IMG/VR virus record: IMGVR_UViG_3300027763_000032
Span: 57,011 to 121,010 of that record
DNA from: a virus
Reading direction: 5' to 3' (one strand)
Length of the DNA: 64,000 nucleotides
The number at the start of each line of letters is the position of its first letter. Positions within the stretch are counted from its first letter, which is position 1. Shown one piece after another: positions 8,795 through 16,970 of this stretch. A program made the translations under genes and the position numbers. The notes beneath the pieces are model-generated. The model was given only the letters and a program-made list of their open reading frames with translations, was not told the DNA's origin and ran no database searches.

Positions 8795-9503
8795 ATTTAT
8801 AACTGAATCGTGGAGTCAAAAATACAAAAAGAGTATTAACTGCTCACACCCTAAAGGCTTTAGTCAAAAGGCACACTGTGCCGGCAAGAAGAAACACAAC
8901 GAAAGTGTTGAAATGGAAATGGTCTTCCCTGATTGCAATATGTGTGAATCCCATGGCAATGTTATGGAAATTAAGAAAGGTGCTAAAGACAGCAACGGCT
9001 TTACTAAATGTTGGTCTGGATATCATGCCGCAGGTACAAAACAAGGTAAGAACGGTTCAGTACGTAACTGTGTAAAGAATGAAAGCACAGAGCTAGAAGA
9101 AGAGTTCGATCTTATTGAATCAATTATATCCGACCTAGCTTTACGCAATGGTGTTAACGAAGATGCTGTCTGGGAAGATTTAGAAACACTCACAGACGAT
9201 GAGCTATATGTGTTTGCTGTTACACAACCAGTTAATGAAGATTGGCAAAAAGTCAACAAACATGATAAGACTTCAGGTATGAGTCAAAAGGCTGTTAATG
9301 CCTATCGCAGAGAAAACCCAGGTAGTAAATTAAAAACTGCTGTAACGACTAAACCTAGTAAACTAAAAAGAGGTAGCAAAAGTGCCAAACGTCGATCAAG
9401 CTATTGTTCTAGATCAGCTGGTCAAAAACGTATGCATCATATAGATTGTTCAAAGACTCCAGATAAAGCAATCTGTGCGGCACGTCGTCGTTGGAACTGT
9501 TAA
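8781..9503 (+). CDS. modular basic Cys-rich protein, probable internal head protein
   Basis: MRANEFITE start (second ATG of track ORF); modules CSHPKGFSQKAHC, KCWSGY..NCVK, YCSRS..RRRWNC. Confidence 0.65.
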   Translation: MRANEFITESWSQKYKKSINCSHPKGFSQKAHCAGKKKHNESVEMEMVFPDCNMCESHGNVMEIKKGAKDSNGFTKCWSGYHAAGTKQGKNGSVRNCVKNESTELEEEFDLIESIISDLALRNGVNEDAVWEDLETLTDDELYVFAVTQPVNEDWQKVNKHDKTSGMSQKAVNAYRRENPGSKLKTAVTTKPSKLKRGSKSAKRRSSYCSRSAGQKRMHHIDCSKTPDKAICAARRRWNC

Positions 9504-10264
9504 TGCGAGCAAAAGAGTTCCAGCCAAAAAAACTAGTTATCTTTGATATAGATGACACGCTGGTTCATACACAAACTAAAGTCCACGTGGTCAAAGACGG
9601 ACAGGTAACTAAAGAACTTAACAGTCATGAGTTTACACACTATAAACTACAACCGGGAGAACAGTTTGATTTTGAGAACTTTCGTAACGCACATGACTTT
9701 TTCCACAAAAGTAAACCGATCATTCCAATGATGAATCAACTCAAGCAAGACATCGCTACTGGTAACAAAGTAGTAATGGTAACTGCTCGTGCTGACTTTG
9801 ATGATAAAGAGCTATTCTTAGATACATTCCGCAAGTATGGTGTAGACATGGCAAAAGTTCATGTTTATCGTGCAGGCAATATGACTGGCAAGATTCAAAC
9901 AGAAGAAAAGAAAAAAATTATTATACGTAACTTGTTAGACAAGGACATTTATACTAAAGCCATAATGTATGATGATGCTGTTCCTAACTTAGAATCATTT
10001 GTAGAACTTAAGAAAGAATATCCAAAGACCAAGTTCTATGCCTGGCATGTTAGCTTAGAGGGCAAAGCAAGCGAATATCAACGTACCGATGAAAATTTTG
10101 CTGATGGAAAGCACCCAGAAGATAAAGGTGATGCTAAACGTCACGGCATTAACACTAAAGCATCAGTAAGCAGTTTACGTAAAACTGCTAAACAAGGTGG
10201 CCGTAAAGGTCAACTAGCACACTGGTTAGCTAACATGAAAGCAGGGCGAGCAAAGAAACATTAA
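9503..10264 (+). CDS. HAD-superfamily phosphatase (PseT/RNA-repair-like) with basic C-terminal module
   Basis: LVIFDIDDTLV (DxD), MVTAR, MYDDAVPNL; real start probably the TAATG-coupled ATG 9503 giving MRAKEF. Confidence 0.8.
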   Translation: MRAKEFQPKKLVIFDIDDTLVHTQTKVHVVKDGQVTKELNSHEFTHYKLQPGEQFDFENFRNAHDFFHKSKPIIPMMNQLKQDIATGNKVVMVTARADFDDKELFLDTFRKYGVDMAKVHVYRAGNMTGKIQTEEKKKIIIRNLLDKDIYTKAIMYDDAVPNLESFVELKKEYPKTKFYAWHVSLEGKASEYQRTDENFADGKHPEDKGDAKRHGINTKASVSSLRKTAKQGGRKGQLAHWLANMKAGRAKKH

Positions 10265-10267
10265 AGA

Positions 10268-10374
10268 ACACACTACCTTAGGACCAGTACTCGTTACTGA
10301 CTCAAGTGTGCGCAGGCTGCTGGCGCAGGACGGCCCGATTCGCTACCGGGAATCCTGGAAGTGAGCATTTTTTT
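10268..10374 (+). ncRNA. candidate structured RNA (unassigned family)
   Basis: GC-rich intergenic tract with several nested stems (CACACU/AGUGUG, CAGUA/UACUG, GCGC/GCGC, CAGGA/UCCUG, CCCG/CGGG) followed by a T7 run. Confidence 0.5.
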
Positions 10375-10378
10375 ACGG

Positions 10379-10385
10379 ATAAATA
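10379..10385 (+). promoter_or_regulatory. late-type promoter core (G)ATAAATA
   Basis: Immediately upstream of desaturase ATG 10390. Confidence 0.55.
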
Positions 10386-10389
10386 TTAG

Positions 10390-11094
10390 ATGATTATATT
10401 ATATACGCTAATAGTAACACATATTACAATTGTCTGCGTTACCCTGTTCCTACATAGGGGACAAGCACATAGAGGATTTGTGTTTAATCCCCTGCTAGAA
10501 CACTTTATGAGATTCTGGCTATGGCTAACAACTGGCATGGTTACTAAACAATGGGTGGCTATACACCGCAAGCATCACAGATTTAGTGATGAGTCTGGTG
10601 ATCCGCATAGTCCTCATGTATATGGTATATGGCGAGTACTATTTAAAGGTGCAGGATTATATCATTCTGCAAGCAAAGACGCTGAAATGATCCAACAGTA
10701 CGGTGTAGGTACACCTGATGATTGGGTCGAACGCAACGTGTACACCCAACACAGTCGCCTGGGCATTCTCCTAATGTTAGTCATAGACTTATTGTTATTT
10801 GGGCCGTTAGGCATTGTAGTGTGGGGTGTACAAATGATATGGATTCCATTCTGGGCCGCTGGTGTTATTAACGGTGTCGCTCATTGGATAGGATATCGCA
10901 ATGGCACTACTAAAGATCAAAGCCGCAATATCAGTCCTTGGGGTATTATAATAGGCGGTGAAGAACTGCATAACAACCATCATCTCGAGCCGGCAAACCC
11001 TAAACTAAGCAGACGTTGGTTTGAGTTTGACTTGGGCTGGATGTGGTTTACTGTATTTAAAACACTTAGACTAGCTAAACTTAGATCAGTTTAA
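10390..11094 (+). CDS. membrane fatty-acid (acyl-lipid/acyl-CoA) desaturase
   Basis: Three His boxes HRGQAH, HRKHH, HNNHH plus hydrophobic helices. Confidence 0.92.
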   Translation: MIILYTLIVTHITIVCVTLFLHRGQAHRGFVFNPLLEHFMRFWLWLTTGMVTKQWVAIHRKHHRFSDESGDPHSPHVYGIWRVLFKGAGLYHSASKDAEMIQQYGVGTPDDWVERNVYTQHSRLGILLMLVIDLLLFGPLGIVVWGVQMIWIPFWAAGVINGVAHWIGYRNGTTKDQSRNISPWGIIIGGEELHNNHHLEPANPKLSRRWFEFDLGWMWFTVFKTLRLAKLRSV

Positions 11095-11762
11095 AATTTA
11101 TAGTTAAAACGATCAATTAATGGTTTTGAAGAGTCAGCAACTACAATTCTTAAATGATCTGTGTATAATGTTTGATAGCTAACTAAACGATTTTCAACAT
11201 TTTTATGTTGGGCTGTATTTAATAACAGATCAATCTCACTATTTAAATCACCCGACTCTACTAACATCTGTCGAAGGTCAGCGGCAATATTCTCAGTAGT
11301 TCCTATCTTAGTTGCGGTAGCAATAAAATTACTGCTAACTACATCATACAAACTTCCGCTAGTAGATAACCACATTTCCCAAAACGGTGATTGTGAAGTA
11401 TTCCTTACTAAATCCGAGGACTTAGATAATATTGACACTTTCTTTTTATACATGTCTGTAGGACAGCATAAAGTTTCTGTAAATTCAGCAAACGACGGAG
11501 TATTGCCAAATGCACGGATTAGGGGGTCGATAAAATTGTCTGCTGGATTATAAATTTCCGACCCATAAATTAAATAATGATACAGACTGTTATACCATTG
11601 CCATGGGTTCCTAACAAACAAATATACGTTAGGACGATGAAAATCATTGGATGGTAGCCTATGTCCAAAATCCTCAATTGTTATTGATTTCAAAACTTCT
11701 CTAACCCAGTTCCCACCAGTCTTAGGCATGTGCAGATATAGCGCATTATTAGTAACTATCAT
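11091..11762 (-). CDS. sulfotransferase-family protein
   Basis: LYLHMPKTGGNWV (5'-PSB-like HxPKTGG) and FVRNPWQWYNSLY (3'-PB-like RxP...S.Y); likely start MIVTNN at 11762. Confidence 0.75.
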   Translation of the reverse strand: MIVTNNALYLHMPKTGGNWVREVLKSITIEDFGHRLPSNDFHRPNVYLFVRNPWQWYNSLYHYLIYGSEIYNPADNFIDPLIRAFGNTPSFAEFTETLCCPTDMYKKKVSILSKSSDLVRNTSQSPFWEMWLSTSGSLYDVVSSNFIATATKIGTTENIAADLRQMLVESGDLNSEIDLLLNTAQHKNVENRLVSYQTLYTDHLRIVVADSSKPLIDRFNYKF

Positions 11763-11769
11763 ATAGAAA

Positions 11770-11786
11770 TATTTATATGATAAATA
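11770..11786. promoter_or_regulatory. back-to-back divergent ATAAATA late-type promoter cores
   Basis: TATTTAT at 11770-11776 (minus strand, towards the sulfotransferase) and ATAAATA at 11780-11786 (plus strand, towards ATG 11792). Confidence 0.55.
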
Positions 11787-11791
11787 ATAGC

Positions 11792-12175
11792 ATGAGAGCA
11801 AAAGAATTTATTGTTGAGCAGGGCAAGGGCGGAATGAAGAAAATTGATCCCGCCTTTAAAGCCGCGATGAAAAATGCCATGACCATTCCTTCAATGAATC
11901 AAAGTACAGGTTCAGCGTACTTAGGGTGGAGAATGAACATTGCTCTTGCAGGTGCTCCTGATTATCCAACCAAGATGGAAGCAGATAACTGGATTGGTGG
12001 AGATCCTTTAATTAGTACATATACAGAAGAAGAATATGAAATGGTCAAGGCCGCATCATTAGCAGTAGGCGGAGGCTCTATTCAAAATTGGTCTGGCAAA
12101 CGCAGTGAAGAACTGCCAGATACTAATAAAACAAGCACAGTGGCTAAACCAAAACGTAACAAATACGGCGTATGA
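11792..12175 (+). CDS. hypothetical protein with MRAKEFIVE leader
   Basis: ATG 11792 directly after the promoter core; leader shared with neighbours. Confidence 0.7.
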   Translation: MRAKEFIVEQGKGGMKKIDPAFKAAMKNAMTIPSMNQSTGSAYLGWRMNIALAGAPDYPTKMEADNWIGGDPLISTYTEEEYEMVKAASLAVGGGSIQNWSGKRSEELPDTNKTSTVAKPKRNKYGV

Positions 12176-12486
12176 AAATAAACGAACTATTAACAGAAGC
12201 ACCCATTGACTTTGATCCTAGTGAACCAATGAATCCCTTAGTACATAGTCATCAGGGAGCCAATCCAGGCAAGCTACAATATCGTATGCTACGTGCGGCA
12301 GGACAGTTAAAGGATCTTGCCAAAAGAGCAGAACACGCTAGTCCTTTAGAATGGGAAATGATTTCCAAAAACTTTTCAGAGCTAGCAATGAACGTTGAAC
12401 AGATTAGACATGGTCTAGAAGAACTTGCCGCACAACGTAAAAAGGGTGGCGTCCGTTCAAGAGGCATTGATCCAAACATTGGATAA
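12172..12486 (+). CDS. hypothetical protein with MKINELLTE leader
   Basis: 104-aa ORF, ATGA coupled. Confidence 0.7.
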   Translation: MKINELLTEAPIDFDPSEPMNPLVHSHQGANPGKLQYRMLRAAGQLKDLAKRAEHASPLEWEMISKNFSELAMNVEQIRHGLEELAAQRKKGGVRSRGIDPNIG

Positions 12487-12493
12487 AATATAG

Positions 12494-12522
12494 TTGACAC
12501 AGTCAACACAAGGCTATATAAT
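12494..12522 (+). promoter_or_regulatory. sigma70 consensus promoter
   Basis: TTGACA-17 nt-TATAAT, a perfect match; AAGGAG SD downstream. Confidence 0.85.
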
Positions 12523-12544
12523 AAGGCGATACTAAGGAGAAGTT

Positions 12545-12805
12545 ATGGGCGCACGTACCTATGGGCCAGAAGAAAAGGCCAAACTAGAAAGACTCATCAA
12601 CGAAGGCGTACAAATCAAATATGAAATGGAAAGCCTGTCAGAAGGACTCAAAGAAACTGTTAAAGCAGTTGCCGAAGAGTTAGAAATTAAACCCTCACTA
12701 ATTAACAAAGCCATCAGCATTGCCCATAAGGGTAATTGGAATGACGTATTCAGCGACTTTGACGATCTTGAAACATTGATCGTAACTGTAGGCAAGGATA
12801 AATGA
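12545..12805 (+). CDS. small helical DNA-binding protein (T4 DsbA/GapR-like)
   Basis: Size and pattern LERLINEG....E.ESL.E.LKE.VK..AEELEIKPSLINKAI resemble this family; by-eye call. Confidence 0.5.
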   Translation: MGARTYGPEEKAKLERLINEGVQIKYEMESLSEGLKETVKAVAEELEIKPSLINKAISIAHKGNWNDVFSDFDDLETLIVTVGKDK

Positions 12806-13095
12806 TCGACACAATATTTGCACCAACTATACAATGGATTAAAGATGACTTTAAGTCTAATAGAGTTCGCTTTGCTGTTGAGTTGCTTGCTTGGACTATC
12901 AGTATTGGTTGCAGTATTACTATGGCGCTCACAGTCCCTACTCCACCGCTTATTATTCTTTATCCTATTTGGATTGCTGGCTGTGCCATGTATGCTTGGG
13001 CTAGTTGGACTAGGAAATCTTTTGGTATGCTGGCTAACTATATACTGTTGACCACTATTGATAGCATTGGCCTAATTAGGATGCTAAGTAATTAA
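12802..13095 (+). CDS. small membrane protein
   Basis: Three hydrophobic segments. Confidence 0.7.
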   Translation: MIDTIFAPTIQWIKDDFKSNRVRFAVELLAWTISIGCSITMALTVPTPPLIILYPIWIAGCAMYAWASWTRKSFGMLANYILLTTIDSIGLIRMLSN

Positions 13096-13105
13096 GAGAA
13101 AGGTT

Positions 13106-13160
13106 TAGTCAGCCATAAATGACTACATTGGTATTTGTGAGCCCTAAATCACATAAGGAG
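13106..13160 (+). promoter_or_regulatory. tandem hairpins plus SD in the DNA polymerase leader (candidate translational operator)
   Basis: TAGTCA-GCCATAAA-TGACTA and TGTGA-GCCCTAAA-TCACA; second stem ends 2 nt before AAGGAG. Confidence 0.6.
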
Positions 13161-13164
13161 AAAT

Positions 13165-15834
13165 ATGAGCTATGTAGATGCTCTCTTTGACAGAGAGAAC
13201 GACACTATTAAAGTTGTCGAACGAAACAACAAAGGCGAACGGGTCTATAAAGAACACCCTGTACGCTACACATTTTACTATCCGGACCAACGAGGTAAGT
13301 TCACAAGTATTTACGGTGAACCTCTTACTAAGGTAGTATGCAAGAACACTAAAGACTTCCGTAAAGAAGTTTCTATTGCTTCAAATAAAGAACTGTACGA
13401 AAGCGATATTAATCCAATCTTTGTACACCTATCCGAAAACTATTTAAATCAAGATGCACCTAAGCTAAACATCTGCTTCTTCGACATTGAGGTAGACTTT
13501 GATCCAGAACGTGGCTATAGCACTCCAGAAGATGCTTTCATGCCAATCACTGCTATCACTGTTTACCTAAAGTGGATGAAGAAGTTAATCACATTAGCAA
13601 TGCCTCCTAAGGGCATGAAGATGGAAGATGCTGTTAAACTAGTTGCTGATATTCCTGATACACATTTGTTCGACAACGAAGGTGACATGTTGGAAACATT
13701 CCTGGATCTAATCCAAGATGCTGATATTATCAGTGGTTGGAACAGTGAAGGCTATGACGTTCCCTATACTGTTAATCGTGTTACTCGTGTATTAAGCAAA
13801 GAAGATACTAAACGTTTCTGCCTTTGGGGACAGTTGCCTAAGAAACGTGAATATGAAAAATATGGGAAGCAGGCTGTTACATATGACTTCCACGGTCGTG
13901 TACACTTAGACAGTCTTGAACTATATCGCAAATACACTTATGAAGAACGTCACACATATCGATTAGACGCCATCGGTGAAATGGAAGTAGGCGAAAACAA
14001 AACTGTCTACGAAGGTACACTGGATCAACTGTACAACAATGACTTCCATAAGTTTATTGTCTATAACAGACAAGATACCTTACTGCTAAACAAACTAGAT
14101 GACAAATTAAAGTTTATTGACCTTGCTAATACACTGGCACACGAATGTACTGTATTGTTACAGACTACAATGGGTGCGGTTGCTGTAACTGAGCAGGCTA
14201 TTATTAATGAATGCCATCGTAGAGGATTCCAAGTTCCTAATAGACAAAAACGTGACGAGGATGCTGATAATTCAGCCGCAGGTGCGTATGTTGCCTATCC
14301 CAAAGAAGGTATTCATGAATGGATTGGTTCCTTAGACATTAACAGTCTTTATCCCTCAGCTATTCGTGCGCTCAACATGGGTCCAGAGACTATTGTTGGA
14401 CAGTTACGCCAGACTGAAACAGATAACTTTATCCACGAACAAATGACGCTCAAGAAGAAGTCATTTGCCGCAAGTTGGGAAGGTATGTTTGGATCACTAG
14501 AATATCAGTATGTTATGGAACAACGTATCGATAAAACTATTATTATTGATTGGGAAGATGGTAATAGTACAGAACATTCAGCCGCAGAAGTATACAAGTT
14601 AATATTTGACAGCAATCAATCCTGGATGATTTCAGCCAACGGCACACTCTTTACCTACGAGAAAGAAGGTATCATTCCTGGACTACTAAAACGTTGGTAT
14701 GCTGAACGTAAGGAAATGCAGGCCAAACTTAAAGACTGTATCAAAGCAGAGAATAAAGTAGAAGAAGAATATTGGGATAAAAGACAGCTAGTTAAGAAGA
14801 TTAACCTAAATAGTCTATATGGTGCTATCCTTAATGCTGGTTGTAGATTCTTTGACAAGCGTATTGGACAGTCAACTACCCTAACAGGACGACAGATTGT
14901 TAAACATATGGCTGGTAAAGTAAACGAGATTATTACAGGTGATTTTGATTATCGTGGTAAGGCAATTATCTACGGTGATACTGACAGTTGTTATTTTTCC
15001 GGCTACACTACATTAAAGAAAGATATCGACTCTGGTGCTATTCCGTGGACTAAAGAAAACGTCATTGCTCTCTACGATCAAGTAGGTGATGAGGTTAATA
15101 AAACATTCCCAGGCTTTATGGAAAATGCATTTCATTGTCCTCACAGCCGGGGAGAAGTTATCAAAGCAGGTCGTGAAATTGTTGCAATTAAAGGCTTGTT
15201 CATTACTAAGAAACGATATGCTGTTCTTTACTTTGATAAAGAAGGCAAGCGCACTGACGTAGATGGCAAGCCCGGCAAGATCAAGGCCATGGGGTTAGAT
15301 CTGAAACGCAGTGACACACCCGAATTTATTCAAAACTTCTTGAGTGATATTCTAGAACGAGTACTAACTGTAGGGTCAGAAGAAGCAGTACTAGAACACA
15401 TTACTAGGTTCCGTAGTGAGTTTAAGGCTCGACCCGGTTGGGAGAAAGGTAGTCCAAAACGTGCAAACAACATTACCGAGTATCAGGCCAAGGAAGCCAA
15501 AGCAGGTAAAGCCAACATGCCTGGACATGTTCGAGCAAGTATTAATTGGAATACTCTACGCCGTATGAACGGTGACAAGTATTCAATGCAAATTACAGAT
15601 GGACAGAAGGTCATTGTCTGTAAACTAAAGCCTAATCCAATTGGCTTTACCTCAGTTGCCTATCCGGTAGACGAACTACGTTTGCCTAAATGGTTTATGG
15701 AATTACCATTTGACGACGCAGAAATGGAACAGACTATTATTGATAACAAACTAGAAAACCTTATTGGTGTTTTAGGATGGGACATTAAGAGTACGGAAGA
15801 AAAGAACACTTTTAATCAACTCTTTGAGTTTTAA
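13165..15834 (+). CDS. family B DNA polymerase (gp43-like)
   Basis: Exo FFDIEVD, WNSEGYD, YNRQD; pol SLDINSLYPS, KINLNSLYG, YGDTDS; no intein. Confidence 0.97.
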   Translation: MSYVDALFDRENDTIKVVERNNKGERVYKEHPVRYTFYYPDQRGKFTSIYGEPLTKVVCKNTKDFRKEVSIASNKELYESDINPIFVHLSENYLNQDAPKLNICFFDIEVDFDPERGYSTPEDAFMPITAITVYLKWMKKLITLAMPPKGMKMEDAVKLVADIPDTHLFDNEGDMLETFLDLIQDADIISGWNSEGYDVPYTVNRVTRVLSKEDTKRFCLWGQLPKKREYEKYGKQAVTYDFHGRVHLDSLELYRKYTYEERHTYRLDAIGEMEVGENKTVYEGTLDQLYNNDFHKFIVYNRQDTLLLNKLDDKLKFIDLANTLAHECTVLLQTTMGAVAVTEQAIINECHRRGFQVPNRQKRDEDADNSAAGAYVAYPKEGIHEWIGSLDINSLYPSAIRALNMGPETIVGQLRQTETDNFIHEQMTLKKKSFAASWEGMFGSLEYQYVMEQRIDKTIIIDWEDGNSTEHSAAEVYKLIFDSNQSWMISANGTLFTYEKEGIIPGLLKRWYAERKEMQAKLKDCIKAENKVEEEYWDKRQLVKKINLNSLYGAILNAGCRFFDKRIGQSTTLTGRQIVKHMAGKVNEIITGDFDYRGKAIIYGDTDSCYFSGYTTLKKDIDSGAIPWTKENVIALYDQVGDEVNKTFPGFMENAFHCPHSRGEVIKAGREIVAIKGLFITKKRYAVLYFDKEGKRTDVDGKPGKIKAMGLDLKRSDTPEFIQNFLSDILERVLTVGSEEAVLEHITRFRSEFKARPGWEKGSPKRANNITEYQAKEAKAGKANMPGHVRASINWNTLRRMNGDKYSMQITDGQKVIVCKLKPNPIGFTSVAYPVDELRLPKWFMELPFDDAEMEQTIIDNKLENLIGVLGWDIKSTEEKNTFNQLFEF

Positions 15835-15838
15835 AAGG

Positions 15839-15867
15839 TTGACAACAGATATTAATCACTATACAAT
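15839..15867 (+). promoter_or_regulatory. sigma70-type promoter
   Basis: TTGACA-17 nt-TACAAT; AAGGAG SD before ATG 15886. Confidence 0.75.
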
Positions 15868-15885
15868 ACACATAAGGAGAATCAT

Positions 15886-16620
15886 ATGATTAAGGACATT
15901 TTAACAGACATCGTAGCACATACACACAGCTTAGGGTTTTTACCTTTAGTAAAAATTACAGGCGATAAGACTACAACAACCATCGAGTCAATGGCTGAAG
16001 ATCGTTCAGTTATCGTAACTGCTAGTGCTCACAAGGCAGTTGACGTATTTGAAGGCACATTTGGTATGCCAAACTTAGACAAGTTAAATCTTCACTTGAA
16101 GAATCCAGAATATAAAGAGAACGCAAAAATTGATGTTACTAAGGCGCAACGTAATGGTGAAGAAATTCCTGTAGGATTACACTTTGAAAATCAAGCAGGC
16201 GATTTTCAAAACGACTATCGCTTTATGAATGCCGACATCATTAACGAAAAGTTAAAGACTGTTAAATTTAAAGGCGCAAGCTGGGACGTAAGTTTTGAAC
16301 CGAGCGTTACTGCTATTCAACGTTTGAAGTTGCAATCAGCAGTTCATACAGAAGAGACAGTTTTTCAAGTTCGCACAGAAGATGGTAACTTGGTATTTTT
16401 CTTCGGTGACGCAAGCACTCACGCAGGTTCGTTTGTATTTCAACCAAATGTTACTGGTAAACTAAAGCACACATGGGCATGGCCTGTGCAACAAGTTATT
16501 AGCATACTAAATCTTTCTGGTAATGTTACTATGAAGATTAGCGATGCAGGTGCTATGCAAATTACTGTTGATTCCGGTGTTACAGAATATAACTATATTT
16601 TACCAGCACAATCTAAATAA
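15886..16620 (+). CDS. probable sliding clamp (gp45-like)
   Basis: 244 aa, two-domain alternating beta/alpha pattern, C-terminal YNYILPA, adjacent to PolB whose tail (NQLFEF) resembles a clamp-binding motif. Confidence 0.65.
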   Translation: MIKDILTDIVAHTHSLGFLPLVKITGDKTTTTIESMAEDRSVIVTASAHKAVDVFEGTFGMPNLDKLNLHLKNPEYKENAKIDVTKAQRNGEEIPVGLHFENQAGDFQNDYRFMNADIINEKLKTVKFKGASWDVSFEPSVTAIQRLKLQSAVHTEETVFQVRTEDGNLVFFFGDASTHAGSFVFQPNVTGKLKHTWAWPVQQVISILNLSGNVTMKISDAGAMQITVDSGVTEYNYILPAQSK

Positions 16621-16970
16621 TGAATAGTGTACAAGTATTTTCCGGATGTCTAGCGTTCTTAGTTCTATGTGGTGTTGTATATCGCCACATAGGATTTGCA
16701 AAAATGAAAGAATGTTATGGCATGTGGTTTACAAAGGAATACTGGACCGACTACAACACTGTGGAGTTTGCCAGTTGGGCGGCGAAGGCCTGTATTATTG
16801 TTCCTGGCTTAATATTTGGTATACAAATTTGGTGGTTATATTTCTTTACATTGGCAACAAGTCTAACACTTATTTGGGCTAGTGAGAAAAAGCTACTTCC
16901 AACTCTAGTAGGATTTAACACTATATGGGTATGGATTAGTTGCATGGTATTGGCAAAACATTTAATATGA
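16620..16970 (+). CDS. membrane protein
   Basis: Several hydrophobic helices. Confidence 0.7.
   Translation: MNSVQVFSGCLAFLVLCGVVYRHIGFAKMKECYGMWFTKEYWTDYNTVEFASWAAKACIIVPGLIFGIQIWWLYFFTLATSLTLIWASEKKLLPTLVGFNTIWVWISCMVLAKHLI

Noticed and set aside
10268-10374. tRNA or known ribozyme (hammerhead, twister, pistol, HDV-like) reading of the GC-rich element
   Set aside because: No cloverleaf or TTCRA T-loop, no CUGANGA/GAAA core, and I could not complete an HDV-type P1/P2 pairing; kept only as an unassigned RNA
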